Source: an uncultured delta proteobacterium (GTDB lineage Bacteria > Myxococcota_A > Polyangia > Polyangiales > B10-G4). From it: a stretch of DNA of 64,000 bases. The notes beneath the pieces were generated by a model, which was given only the letters and a program-made list of their open reading frames with translations, did not search any database and was not told the DNA's origin. The DNA is taken from the NCBI GenBank assembly GCA_963727445.1, contig CAVSGI010000001.1, positions 18,227 to 82,226 of the forward strand, in the 5' to 3' direction. Position 1 is the stretch's first letter. Each line of letters opens with the position of its first letter. A program made the position numbers and the translations under genes. Positions 27,206 through 37,542 of this stretch are shown here, in pieces.

Positions 27206-28378
27206 CTAGGCAGCGCGCTTCATCACCACGGCGGAGACGTTTCCGTAGAGGCCGACGGTGGTCACGACCACGGTCTGCACCTCCTCCGGCGCTTTTCCTG
27301 CGATCAGCGGCCCCACCGGCGCTCCCTCGAACCAGGCCATCGCCGTGGCCATCCCGATGGCGCCCGCGCCGCCGAAGGTCTCGCCGAAGATCGCCTTGGG
27401 CGTAGCGATGGCGACCTCGTGCCCGAGGGCGGCGGTGATCCCGGTGCGCTCTTCGTGATCGATCGCCTCGAGGCCACAGGCCGCCGATGCCACCGCGTCG
27501 ACGTCGGCGGCGGTGAGCCCCGCATCGGCGAGCGCCGCCTCGACGGCGCGCTGCACCGGATCAGCCGAGGCGTGGACCAGCACGGCCGGCGACAGGGGTG
27601 GCTCGAAGGCGGTGCCGTAGCCGGCGAGGTAAGCGCGGATCGGCGCGCCACGCGCCCGGGCGGCCACCGGCCGCTCGACGAAGAGGTACGCGGCGCCTTC
27701 TCCGAAGGACAGTCCCGGCGCGTCCTCGGACGCGGCCACGGCGCCCAACTTGCGATAGGCGAGGTAGAGCGGAGAGGAGAGCGGCTCGCCGCCGCCGACC
27801 AGGAACGCGTCGGCGCGCCCGTGGGTCAGGTGCGTCTCGCAGGAGAGCACCGTGTCGAGGGCGCCGCAGTTTCCGTCGACGACGGTGACGTTCGGCGCGC
27901 GCAGGTCCTCCCAGATGCTCACGTAGCCCGCGGCCGCGTTGATGACCGTGTTCGGGAAGCGCGACGGGTTGATGTAGCGAGGGTCTTCGAGCTCCGCGAC
28001 GAGGTTCAGCTCGGTGATGGCGTCGAGGGATCCATAGGCCGTCGACGAGCAGATCCCGACGCGGCTCGGACCGTAGGCGACGAACTCGCCGTCGCGCTTC
28101 ACACCCGCATCCTCGAGGGCGTGCTTGCCTGCGACGATGAGGAACTTCGTCAGTCGATCGAAGTTCCGCAGGCCCTTCGGACCGAGATAGTCCTTGGCCT
28201 CGAAGCCCCAGACCTCGGCGGCCCGTGGATTTTCGACCTTGTCGTCGAAGGCGGTGTGCTCGCCCGCGAACGCCTTCTTCTTCGCCGCCTCGGGATCGGC
28301 GAGGGCCGCGATCAACGCCTCGCGTCCGATGGCGATCGGGCTGACCACGCCGAGCCCGGTGATCGCCAGCGGCCTCAT
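27206..28378 (-). CDS. Ketosynthase-like protein, apparently non-catalytic (CLF-like)
   Basis: ITGLGVVSPI, FPNTVINAAAG, FGEGAA, LAGYG; lacks the TAC and HGTGT motifs. Confidence 0.8.
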   Translation of the reverse strand: MRPLAITGLGVVSPIAIGREALIAALADPEAAKKKAFAGEHTAFDDKVENPRAAEVWGFEAKDYLGPKGLRNFDRLTKFLIVAGKHALEDAGVKRDGEFVAYGPSRVGICSSTAYGSLDAITELNLVAELEDPRYINPSRFPNTVINAAAGYVSIWEDLRAPNVTVVDGNCGALDTVLSCETHLTHGRADAFLVGGGEPLSSPLYLAYRKLGAVAASEDAPGLSFGEGAAYLFVERPVAARARGAPIRAYLAGYGTAFEPPLSPAVLVHASADPVQRAVEAALADAGLTAADVDAVASAACGLEAIDHEERTGITAALGHEVAIATPKAIFGETFGGAGAIGMATAMAWFEGAPVGPLIAGKAPEEVQTVVVTTVGLYGNVSAVVMKRAA

Positions 28379-29621
28379 CGCGGAAGCCCCACGTCATCGG
28401 GGAGCAGCCCGGGCTTCGCCAGGCACAGGACGGCGTCGTAGCCGCCGAAGGCGAGCGCGTTGTTGAGGACGACCTTCACCTCGCCCCCGTCGCGCGCTTC
28501 GTTGGCCACCACGTCCACGTCGCACTCGGGATCCTGGTTCTCCAGGTTGATGGTGGGCGGCAGGATGCCGGTCTCGAGGGTCTTGATGCAGGAGACCGCT
28601 TCGATGGCGCTCGCGGCGCCCATGCAGTGGCCGAAGACGCTCTTGTTCGACGAGACCGGGACGCGCCGGCCCTCGAAGATCTGCGTTGATCACCTTCGCT
28701 TCGACCCTGTCGTTGGCGACGGTGCCGGTGCCGTGCGCGTTGATGAAGGAGACCTCGGCTGGCGTGATGCTGCTCGAGAGGATCGCGCGTCGCATCGCCT
28801 CGACGCTGCCCGGACCCGTCCGGATGCGGCCGGGTGATGTGATGCGCATCGCAGGCGAGGCCGTAGCCGCCGACCTCGGCCAGCGGCTCGCCGCCCCGCC
28901 GCGCCGCGAGGTGCGCCTCGGACTCGAGGACCACGATCCCCGCACCCTCGCCGAGGAGCAGACCCTTGCGATCGTCGTCGAAGGGCTGCACCGGTCCGGC
29001 GTCATCGCGCCCAGGCGGACGAAGCCCGCGAACTCGAGCTTCTCGAGGATCTCGGTCGCGCCGGTGATCGCCACGTCGGCGCGACCCGGCGCGGATCTGG
29101 TCGGCCGCGAAACCGATGGCGTAGTTCCCCGCCGCGCACGCCGCGGGGAGCGTCTGCACCATGCCGCGGGTGTCGAAGGCGCGCGCGATGTGGATGGGCA
29201 AGAGCGTCGAGCCGTAGCGCTGCAGCTTCATCGCGTGGACGGCGTCCTCGCCTTCGTGGATCCAGGCAGCCTCGAGCTCGCCGAGGATGTTGGCCTCGCC
29301 CATGGTCGTGCCGAGGATCACGGCGGTGCGCGCATTGGCGAGGTGCTTTGGGGCGAGGCCCGAGCTCTGCACCGCCTCGCGGGCCGCGGCGAGGGCGAAA
29401 GCCGAGCACCGCCCGGCGTGGCGCGCTTCGGCCGCGTTGAGGTAGTCGCGGGGACGGAACTGCTTCACCTCACACGCCATGTGGCGGTCCATCGAGGCGG
29501 TGTCGAAGGCCTGCACCTCCGCTGCCCCGCTCCGGCCATCGACGAGGGACTCCCAGAAGGCGGAGATGCCGATTCCGACGGGGCTGACCACGCCCATCCC
29601 TGTCACGAACACACGAGCCAC
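28375..29621 (-). CDS. FabF-like beta-ketoacyl-ACP synthase, multiply frameshifted
   Basis: VTGMGVVSP, AACAAG, GEGAG, DAHHIT, INAHGTGT, KSVFGHCMGAA, LPPTIN, NALAFGG spread over several frames. Confidence 0.85.
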
Positions 29622-29746
29622 GGGCGCGCTGCTTTTAGCGTGTATCGGCTCGCCCGTCCACGGAGCCTCGCCGCGAAAAACCGGCCGGACGGACGGCTTT
29701 TGGCACGGCTTGACCGGTCCCGCGCACGCCCGTATCTACCGCCGCC

Positions 29747-31427
29747 ATGGAGCCCCGTTTCGACACGCTCGTGCAGGCGCTCGCGGAGATCCCGCGACGC
29801 GGAAATCGTGGATTCACGCTTCGTCGGCACCGACCGCCAGGAGCGCTACTTCACCTACGAAGAGATGTGGCAGGAGGCGAATCGCCGTGCGGCGTTCCTG
29901 AGGGCGATGGGCCTCGAGAAGGGCGATCGCCTCGCGCTGGTCGTCCCCGAGGGCCACGAGTTCGTGCTGAGCTTCTTCGGGGCGGTGGTCGCCGGGATCG
30001 TGCCGGTGCCGATGTTCCCGCGGGCGACCTTCAAGGGCGTCGACGGCTACGTCGACATCCTCGCCCACATCGTCGAGGCCTCGGGCGCGAAGGTGATGCT
30101 CTCGATGGAGACGCTGCGGCCGATCATCGACAAGGTGAAGGAGCGGGACGTCGAGCTCCGGCAGGTCGCGATGTGCGAAACCGCATTCGAAGGCGAGACG
30201 CCGGCCTTCGAGCGTCCCGAGGTCACGCCCGAGGACCTGTGCTTCCTCCAGTTCACCTCGGGCAGCACCAGCCGGCCCAAGGGCGTGATGGTCACTCACG
30301 AGAACCTGGTGGCCAACGCCAGCTGCTTCCTCGGCCCCGCCCCCGGCCTCGACCGCAACGACGACGACGTCGGCGTGAGCTGGCTGCCCCTCTTCCACGA
30401 CATGGGGCTCATCGGCTTCATCCTCGGCACCATCGTCTGCGACATCCCGGTGGTGATCATCCCGACCGCGCAGTTCGCGCGCGCGCCGCGGCTGTGGCTC
30501 GAGACGATCCACAAGCACCGCGGCACCATCACCTACGCGCCGAACTTCGCTTACGAGCTCGTCGCCAAGCGCGTGAGGGACAAGGACCTCGAGAGCCTGG
30601 ATCTCTCGTGCATCCGCGTCGCGGGTTGCGGCGCCGAGCCCATCCGCGCCAAGAGCCTCGCTGCCTTCGCCGAGCGCTTGGCGCCCGCGGGATTCGACGG
30701 CGACAAGGCGTTCCTGCCGAGCTACGGCATGGCGGAGCGACCTGGCGATCACCTTTCACCCGCTGCGGCACGCCGATCGTCGTCGATCGGGTCGACCCCG
30801 CCGCGATGAAGGCGGGCAAGGCGGTGCCGAGCGAGCGCCGGATGCGCTCGAGCTGGTCTCCTGCGGCCGCCCCTTCGAAGGACACGAGCTGGCGATCACC
30901 GACGACGACGGCGAGACGCTCGCCGAGCGGCGCGTCGGCGAGATCGTCGATCCGCGGCCCGAGCGTGACGACGGGCTACTTCCAGAACCCCGAAGCGACC
31001 GCCGCGGCGTTCCGCGAGGGCGACTGGCTTCACACCGGCGACCTCGGCTATCGCGCCGAAGGCGACGCTCTACATCTGCGGCCGCATCAAGGACTTCATC
31101 ATCATCAACGGCGCCAACCACTACCCGCAGGACATCGAGTGGATGGTGGGCGAGCTTCCGAGGGCGTGCGGCGCGGCAACGTGGTCGCCTTCAGCGTCAT
31201 GAACGGACGGGATGGAGGAGCTGGTGCTCATGGCCGAGGGGAACCGGGCGGACGCCGAAGAGCTCCGCAAGACGATCGCCCGGACGGTGGCCGAGGGCTT
31301 CGGCCTGAAGGCCGCGGACGTGGCCATCGTCCCGGTCGGCACCCTGCCCAAGACCTCCAGCGGCAAGGCCCAGCGCCGAAAGGCCAAGCAGATGTACGAG
31401 GATGGAGCGATGCCCGCCCATCCGTGA
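29747..31427 (+). CDS. Fatty acyl-AMP ligase, multiply frameshifted
   Basis: FLQFTSGSTSRPKGV, SWLPLFHDMGLIG, PNFAY, YGMAE, TGDLG, GRIKD, LPKTSSGK in shifting frames. Confidence 0.87.
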
Positions 31428-31537
31428 GGACGGCTGGCGTCGCGAGGCGCCATCCACTATGGTTCGCGCGACTCAAATCCGGCGATCGAGGCTATCCGGC
31501 CCTCCGATCCCCACGAGTTCTGGAGACTGTTGACCCG

Positions 31538-31779
31538 ATGGAACGGTCCGAGCTTCTGACGATTTTCCGCAGATGGCGACCGAGATCGCCGAGAAGGACT
31601 TCAGCGATGTGACCGAGGACGGTGACATCGCGGAGCTGGGCCTCGATTCGCTCAGATGCTGGAGCTGGTGGGCGCGATGGAGCGCGAGCTCGAGGTGTCG
31701 ATGCCCGACGAGCAGCTCGTCGGCATCCAGACCGTGCGGCAGCTCCTGGAGTCTGGTCGAGAAGCGACAGAAGGCCTAG
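31538..31779 (+). CDS. Acyl carrier protein 1 (frameshifted)
   Basis: ELGLDSL..LELVGAMERELEVSMPDE..IQTVRQL. Confidence 0.8.
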
Positions 31780-31879
31780 GGGGCCGAGGGGGACGAGCAG
31801 TCCCCAGAACCAAGGGGCCCGAGCGAGCAGTCCCCAGAGGCAGGGGCCGGGACACGGTCCTGCGAAGAAGGAGCAGTCG

Positions 31880-32124
31880 ATGTCCGACGAAGCATCTGAA
31901 GAAGAAGCTCCGAGAGATCATCGCCGAGGTGTGCGAGGTCGACGAGATCCCGGACGACGACCCCGTTCGAGGATCTGGGCATCGACTCGATGATGGCCAT
32001 CGAGATCGTCGCGGAGGTCGAGCGCACCTACAAGCTCTCGATCCCGGAAGAGGAGCTCAAGGATCTGACGAACTTCACCGCGGTGTTCGAGATGGTTCGC
32101 AGCAAGCTCGACGCGGCCGCTTAG
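31880..32124 (+). CDS. Acyl carrier protein 2 (frameshifted)
   Basis: KLREIIAEVCEV..EDLGIDSMMAIEIVAEVERTYKLSIPEEE; AGGAG RBS. Confidence 0.82.
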
Positions 32125-32266
32125 TAAGGCCGCGAAGCGGCCGGCACGAGTGGGAGCGGCGCGGAGCGGACGAGCCGGCGGAGCGGCGCGTGGCGCCGCG
32201 TCGGCGGATCGGGAGCGCAGCGTCGCGGAGCCGGGATTGCGTCCCCGTCCCCCGCTCTCCCAGACA

Positions 32267-32695
32267 ATGACTCACACACCCACCGACTTCGTTCATCGCC
32301 TGCCGTTTCGCGTCGGCTACATCGACACCGATCGCGCCGCGGTGGTGCATCATTCCGTCTACCTGCGCTGGCTCGAGCACGGGCGGATCGAGTTCTTCCG
32401 CGATCGCGGCCTCGAGTACAAAGCGCTCGAGCTCGACGACAGCCTGGGGCTGCCCGTCGTCGAATGCCGCATGAAGTACAAGCGCCCCGCGCGCTTCGAC
32501 GATCAGATCGTCATCGAGACGCGCATCGGCCGCCTGAGCCGCGCCACCGTCCGCTTCGACAGCGAGGTGAAGCGCGACGATGGAGAGCTGTTGTTGCAGG
32601 CGGAGATCACCCTCGCCTGCGTACGGCTGCCCGAAGGCAGGCTCCGCAGCCTGCCCGAGCGCGTGAAGCTGGTCTGCGGAGCGACCGAGGGCTAG
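32267..32695 (+). CDS. Hotdog-fold acyl-CoA/ACP thioesterase (YbgC/4HBT-like)
   Basis: RVGYIDTDRAAVVHHSVYLRWLEHGR, YKRPARFDD. Confidence 0.9.
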   Translation: MTHTPTDFVHRLPFRVGYIDTDRAAVVHHSVYLRWLEHGRIEFFRDRGLEYKALELDDSLGLPVVECRMKYKRPARFDDQIVIETRIGRLSRATVRFDSEVKRDDGELLLQAEITLACVRLPEGRLRSLPERVKLVCGATEG

Positions 32696-33153
32696 GGAGA
32701 GGCGTCACCCGGGGGTGCGCCGTAAGCCGCCGCCGAGCCAGAGTCCATGGGAGGAGAGGCGTCCCCAGGGCTCCCGTCGTCACCACCGTCCGGCAGATCT
32801 CCGTCGGGCCCGGTGTCCGCCGGGATACCATAAGGCGGCGCGACGTTGCCGGTGTCGATGGCGGAGTCCATGGCCGCGCCGGTATCGCCCGTGCCAGTGT
32901 CGAGGGTCGTGCTGGTGTCGGTCCCGACATCACTCGCCGTCCCGTCGTCACCGCACCCGGTGATGGTCATCGTTCCCGCCACCGCGGCGCCGAAAGCGAA
33001 CTTCGCCGCGCGGCCGAGGCGCGTCTTCGGCAGGGGCGCGGGACCCGCGCTCCGATACGCCATCGGCAACGCCTCACCGCAGAATGGGCAAAGCGGATCA
33101 CTGATACGAACGTGTCGGGCGCAGCCCGGACATGGAAGCAATCGTGCACTCAT
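32692..33153 (-). CDS. Small lipoprotein with an N-terminal Zn-ribbon and YGxP motifs
   Basis: CPGCARH..CPFC, TITGC lipobox, PPYGIP and AAYGAPP. Confidence 0.7.
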   Translation of the reverse strand: MSARLLPCPGCARHVRISDPLCPFCGEALPMAYRSAGPAPLPKTRLGRAAKFAFGAAVAGTMTITGCGDDGTASDVGTDTSTTLDTGTGDTGAAMDSAIDTGNVAPPYGIPADTGPDGDLPDGGDDGSPGDASPPMDSGSAAAYGAPPGDASP

Positions 33154-33351
33154 CGTGAATCTCCCCAGCGCGAGCATACCACCCGCCCGCTTGACCCTGC
33201 TTCGGCTGCGCCTTTAATGCGCGCCATGCGCCAGGGCTCACCACGCATCCCCCCCTTCGTCGGGCTCACATCCTGCGGCCGTCAGGCTCCGGCGCCTTCT
33301 CCCCTGCAGCTCCGCTTCCTGTTGGAGAACTGATGGAGGAGGATCACGCAG

Positions 33352-34974
33352 ATGGCCGAAGCTGACCCCGCCAAGATCGAGGACGGATGGGTCGGCCAGG
33401 TCATCGGTGACCGCTACCGCATCGTCGACACCCTGGGCGAAGGAGCCATGGGCGCGGTTTTCGTCGCCGAGCATTTGACCCTCCACAAGAAGGTCGCGCT
33501 CAAGATCATCCACGCCGAGCACGTGGACGACGAGGAGCTCCGCGCCCGCTTCGCGCGCGAGGCGATGGCGACGGCGCGCCTCGACCACCCCCACGTCGTG
33601 AGCGCGCGCGACTACGGCTCTCTCGACGACGGCAGCATGTACCTGGTGATGGACCTGGTCTCGGGGCAGACGCTCCGGGAGCGTCTGGAAACCGGCCCCG
33701 CCCTCGCCTGGACCGACGCCGCGGAGATCGCGGCGCAGATCGCCGACGCGCTGATCGCCGCCCACGCCGAGGGGATCGTTCATCGCGATCTCAAACCCGA
33801 CAACGTGATGCTCAAGCCCGGCCGCGGCGGCGACCGGGTGAAGGTGCTCGACTTCGGCATCGCGCGGGTGCCGACCGATGCGGAGACGGCGACCGACGGT
33901 GCCGCGCCGGGGACACCGCTCACCCGGCTGGGCCGGGTGATGGGAACCCCTGGTTACATGGCGCCCGAGCAGGCGATGGGCGACAACGTGGACGCGCGCG
34001 CGGACATCTACGCCCTCGGCGTGATCCTCTGGGAGATGGTCGAAGGCCGCCGTCTCTTTTCGGGCGCGGAGTTCGCGGAGGTCATCGCGCAGCAGCTCAC
34101 GACCACGCCGCCGCGCCTCGAGAACGTCCCCGAGGAGCTCGCCGCCATGGTCGAGCGCATGCTCGTGATCGAGCCGCGGGACCGCGCATCTGAGGTCGCG
34201 GAGATCCACGACACGCTCAGGCGCCTCGTCCGGCGGGCGCGGCGAACGCCGCTCGCCAACGCGGAGGTCGACCGGGCATCGCTGCCCCAGAGGCACTCGA
34301 CGCCTGCCGCGTTGCCACTCGTCCTCTTGGGCTGTGCGGGGCTCGCGCTCGTCTCCCTGACCTCGATCGTCTTCGGCGTAGCGCTCTGGCCTGGCGGAGA
34401 GGAAGCCGACCCGAACCCGCAGACGGTGGCCGGGCCCGCACCCGAGACGAGCGCGCCGGCTCCCGCGACCTCACTGCCCACCGGGCTCTCACCCGAGTCA
34501 CAGCCGCCACGGGCGAACGTGGCCGAGGCGCGCGACGTCGACGCCGACCCCTGGGACGCGCCTGCGCCCGAGCCGCTCGGCCGCATCCGCGAAGAGCTCG
34601 ACCGAGGACGGACGCCGAACGGTCGTGTCGATCGCACCCTCACCGGACTCGCCGCGCGCCATCCCGACGACCCGCGACCCTTTCTGCTTCTGGCGCGCGT
34701 CTACCTCGCACGCCGCTGGCGCGCCGACGCCATTCGCGAATATCGGCGCGCGTACGAGCGCGACCCGGCGGCGCGAGGAGACCCGCAGATGCTCGCCGAT
34801 CTGGTGAACCTGGTCCCGCACAACACCGTGGGTGACGACGCCTGCCGGCTCATCGAGGACGCCTACGGGGCAACCGCGGTCCCGGCGATCGAGGAGGCGC
34901 TCGACGCGCACCGCCTCGATCCCGACGCGGCCGCCCGCTACGTCCTGTTGCGGCAAGCGCTCCGCGGGGAGTGA
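33352..34974 (+). CDS. Transmembrane Ser/Thr protein kinase
   Basis: LGEGAMG, VALK, HRDLKPDN, DFG, GTPGYMAPE; TM helix; C-terminal TPR-like region. Confidence 0.95.
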   Translation: MAEADPAKIEDGWVGQVIGDRYRIVDTLGEGAMGAVFVAEHLTLHKKVALKIIHAEHVDDEELRARFAREAMATARLDHPHVVSARDYGSLDDGSMYLVMDLVSGQTLRERLETGPALAWTDAAEIAAQIADALIAAHAEGIVHRDLKPDNVMLKPGRGGDRVKVLDFGIARVPTDAETATDGAAPGTPLTRLGRVMGTPGYMAPEQAMGDNVDARADIYALGVILWEMVEGRRLFSGAEFAEVIAQQLTTTPPRLENVPEELAAMVERMLVIEPRDRASEVAEIHDTLRRLVRRARRTPLANAEVDRASLPQRHSTPAALPLVLLGCAGLALVSLTSIVFGVALWPGGEEADPNPQTVAGPAPETSAPAPATSLPTGLSPESQPPRANVAEARDVDADPWDAPAPEPLGRIREELDRGRTPNGRVDRTLTGLAARHPDDPRPFLLLARVYLARRWRADAIREYRRAYERDPAARGDPQMLADLVNLVPHNTVGDDACRLIEDAYGATAVPAIEEALDAHRLDPDAAARYVLLRQALRGE

Positions 34975-35075
34975 GCGCCCGCCTTGCCACTTTTTTCACT
35001 CCTCGCGCCGAGCGCGGTATCCGTCGAGTCGTCCCCCATCGGCGGGCGAGCCGGCGGACGACTGGAGGTGATGAA

Positions 35076-35765
35076 ATGCGTGCGTTCTGTGGGCTGAGTG
35101 CCCTGATCCTTCTCGCGGCCTGCGGCGGGGCCACCACGGCCACCACGGCCAGCACGATGGCCGCGTCCCCCACCTACGAGTCCAGCCCCCTGGCCTCGGT
35201 GGAGGTCGACATCGAAAACGGCGAGCTCCCGGACGGATGGAACGACGCGAGCCGGCCGGCCCCGTGGTCGGCCGAGCCCGTGGCGACGGGCGACGCGCCG
35301 AGCGAGCTGCTGGCCGCCTGGCGTGAGGCCGACAACCGCGAGCAGTGCGCGCCGCTGGCGCCGACGAGCTACCTCGAGGGCGCGCGCATTCGTCGCGCCG
35401 ACTACGCCGGCGGCTGGGCCGTCGAATTCGACAAGCAGGGCATGCCGGGGATGACCCGCAACGGACGCGCCTGCACCGATTGTGGCCGCGGCGCCTACGG
35501 CATCGCCGGCACCGCCATCGAGGTCGACGACGAGGATCCGATGGAGGCCGAAGAGCGGACCCTCGCCGACGGAAGCCGCGTGCGCTACGAGGTCTCGGTG
35601 GACGAAGCCGACAGCGACGACGGCGGTGCAGCGGGGAGCGTCGCGACCCTCAAGATCCGCGGACAGAACTGCGTCTACCAGGTCTGGTCCTTCTCGGGCG
35701 ACGAGCACCTCGAGGGACTGATCGAAGACCTCCGCTTCGTAGGCGAGGACGGAGAAGAGTACTGA
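35076..35765 (+). CDS. Lipoprotein, hypothetical
   Basis: GGAGG RBS; LLAAC lipobox; followed by a terminator. Confidence 0.75.
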   Translation: MRAFCGLSALILLAACGGATTATTASTMAASPTYESSPLASVEVDIENGELPDGWNDASRPAPWSAEPVATGDAPSELLAAWREADNREQCAPLAPTSYLEGARIRRADYAGGWAVEFDKQGMPGMTRNGRACTDCGRGAYGIAGTAIEVDDEDPMEAEERTLADGSRVRYEVSVDEADSDDGGAAGSVATLKIRGQNCVYQVWSFSGDEHLEGLIEDLRFVGEDGEEY

Positions 35766-35795
35766 CGGCCTCCCCCGAAGCCCGAGCTTTCACGC

Positions 35796-35825
35796 AGCGC
35801 CCACCTCGCGGTGGGCGCTTTTTTT
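35796..35825 (+). terminator. Rho-independent terminator
   Basis: AGCGCCCACC-TCGC-GGTGGGCGCT followed by a T-tract. Confidence 0.9.
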
Positions 35826-36197
35826 CGTCATGCGAGATCCGGAGGAGATCCTCTCTCCCGCTCCCCCCGGCTCCTGTAGGCTGCGCTCCCGATGGAACAC
35901 ACGGACGACGCGAGCTCCTGGTTCGGCGCGCGCATCGGCACGCTGCGCTGCGCCGCCGCCGGGCTGTCGAGCTTCGCGGCGTCCGGGCGCGCGCCATCGG
36001 GATGGACTGGAAGAGACCCACCCGCCTCGGCGCATCACCCTCGCCGACGGAAAGGCGCCTTTCTCGTTCGTCACGTGGTGACGCGTCACGGTGTCTCCCG
36101 TGCCACGGTGACACCGGATCGGCGCCCCCCTTCCGACTGAAAACCGCGGCGGCGGCGCCGTGGCACGCGCATTGCCAGAGCACTCGGATCGAAGCCC

Positions 36198-37463
36198 ATG
36201 GCCCGCGCGCGTCCGCACTTTCTCATCCTCGTCGTCCTCCTCGTGGGTGCGTCCGCTCCGGTTCGTGCACAGTTGGCCCCGCTCGAGGCGCGGCTCTGCG
36301 CCGGCCGGTCACCCTGCCGAGTGCTCGAGGTGCGCGATGCGGGTCGCGATGCTGGAGGACGTGCGCTTCGTGTTGCGAAGGTCGCGCTCTTCGACGTCGG
36401 TCATCCCCGCGCCGACGGGAGCGCAGCGCTCTACCCGGAACCCTGCGCTCCCTTCGAGTGGCATTCGATCATCGGAACCGGGGCCGGCGCACGGACGCAG
36501 TTGCTCACTCGCATCTGCAACGACGGCTACGGCGCGGCGGGGGTCGGTTTCGACGACGTTCGCGTGGATCCAAACCGGGTCTCGGTCTTCGAGACGGGGG
36601 GCTCGGCGTGGCGATGGTCCGAGTCCAACCAGGTGTCGATTTCCCCCCCGAGGCTGCTGCGAACCTCCTCCGAGGGCTACTGGAACATCGGGCCGAATGC
36701 GATGGTCGTGACGGTCGACTACGAGCACTTCACGGCGGCGGGGGGCTGGGGGGCACCGGTCTGCGGAGAGGAGCCATCCGACGGCGTCGCGATCGCGGAT
36801 CCGACCTACCGCTGGGCGTCGGTGCCGCGCGTCACGCTCGCGCCCAGCGCCACTCGCCGGTTGGAGCGCGGCGAGATCGACCTGGGCCGCTGTGCACTCT
36901 CCATGTCGGGGCAGCGTGGGTGGAGGACGCTGTCCGGCGAGCGGCACTCGGCACTGGACGCGGTTCGAGCGTTGTGGGTTCGCGGGGGCCCTTTGCTCAT
37001 CGATGTCGTGGACGACCAGGTGACGCCCGACGACACCGTCGAGCTCTACGTCGCCCGGGATGCGCGCCCCTCGTATGCCGAGCATTGCGTGGGGCCGCCG
37101 AGCGCGCCGCGGAGCCATCGAATTCGTCTACGGGATGGCCGCCTGCTGCCACAGGGAACCGGCGGCCGCCTGCCCCCGGTGAGACGGATCGTTCGCTTGG
37201 ATGGAAGCCTGCGCTTCATCGTGCAACTGCCGGCGTCGTCGGCGCTCACCATCGTCCGTGACGATGTCGACGGAGAACAGCGGTGGCGGGCCGCGTCGAG
37301 CACGCTGAACGAGAACGACGACCGCTCGGTGGGCGACGTGTGGTCCGTGAGGGGCGAGGACCAGGGCTCGGCCGGGCCGGCATGCTCCGTCACCGGTGAC
37401 ACGCTCGTGCCATCCGTGGAGGTTCCGATCGAAACCGTCAGCACGTCGCGAAGCGAGGAATGA
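36198..37463 (+). CDS. Secreted hypothetical protein
   Basis: Signal peptide (..VVLLVGASAPVRA); CNDGYGAAGVG motif. Confidence 0.65.
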   Translation: MARARPHFLILVVLLVGASAPVRAQLAPLEARLCAGRSPCRVLEVRDAGRDAGGRALRVAKVALFDVGHPRADGSAALYPEPCAPFEWHSIIGTGAGARTQLLTRICNDGYGAAGVGFDDVRVDPNRVSVFETGGSAWRWSESNQVSISPPRLLRTSSEGYWNIGPNAMVVTVDYEHFTAAGGWGAPVCGEEPSDGVAIADPTYRWASVPRVTLAPSATRRLERGEIDLGRCALSMSGQRGWRTLSGERHSALDAVRALWVRGGPLLIDVVDDQVTPDDTVELYVARDARPSYAEHCVGPPSAPRSHRIRLRDGRLLPQGTGGRLPPVRRIVRLDGSLRFIVQLPASSALTIVRDDVDGEQRWRAASSTLNENDDRSVGDVWSVRGEDQGSAGPACSVTGDTLVPSVEVPIETVSTSRSEE

Positions 37464-37542
37464 CGTGCCGCCGGCGGTGACGAGGCAGAGACCCAGCGAC
37501 TTCGAGACAGCCCGACTCATCGTGGGGTCGATCATACCAGCC

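Noticed and set aside
35826..36197. Short ORFs and small hairpins after the terminator
   Set aside because: No recognisable motif or convincing RNA family
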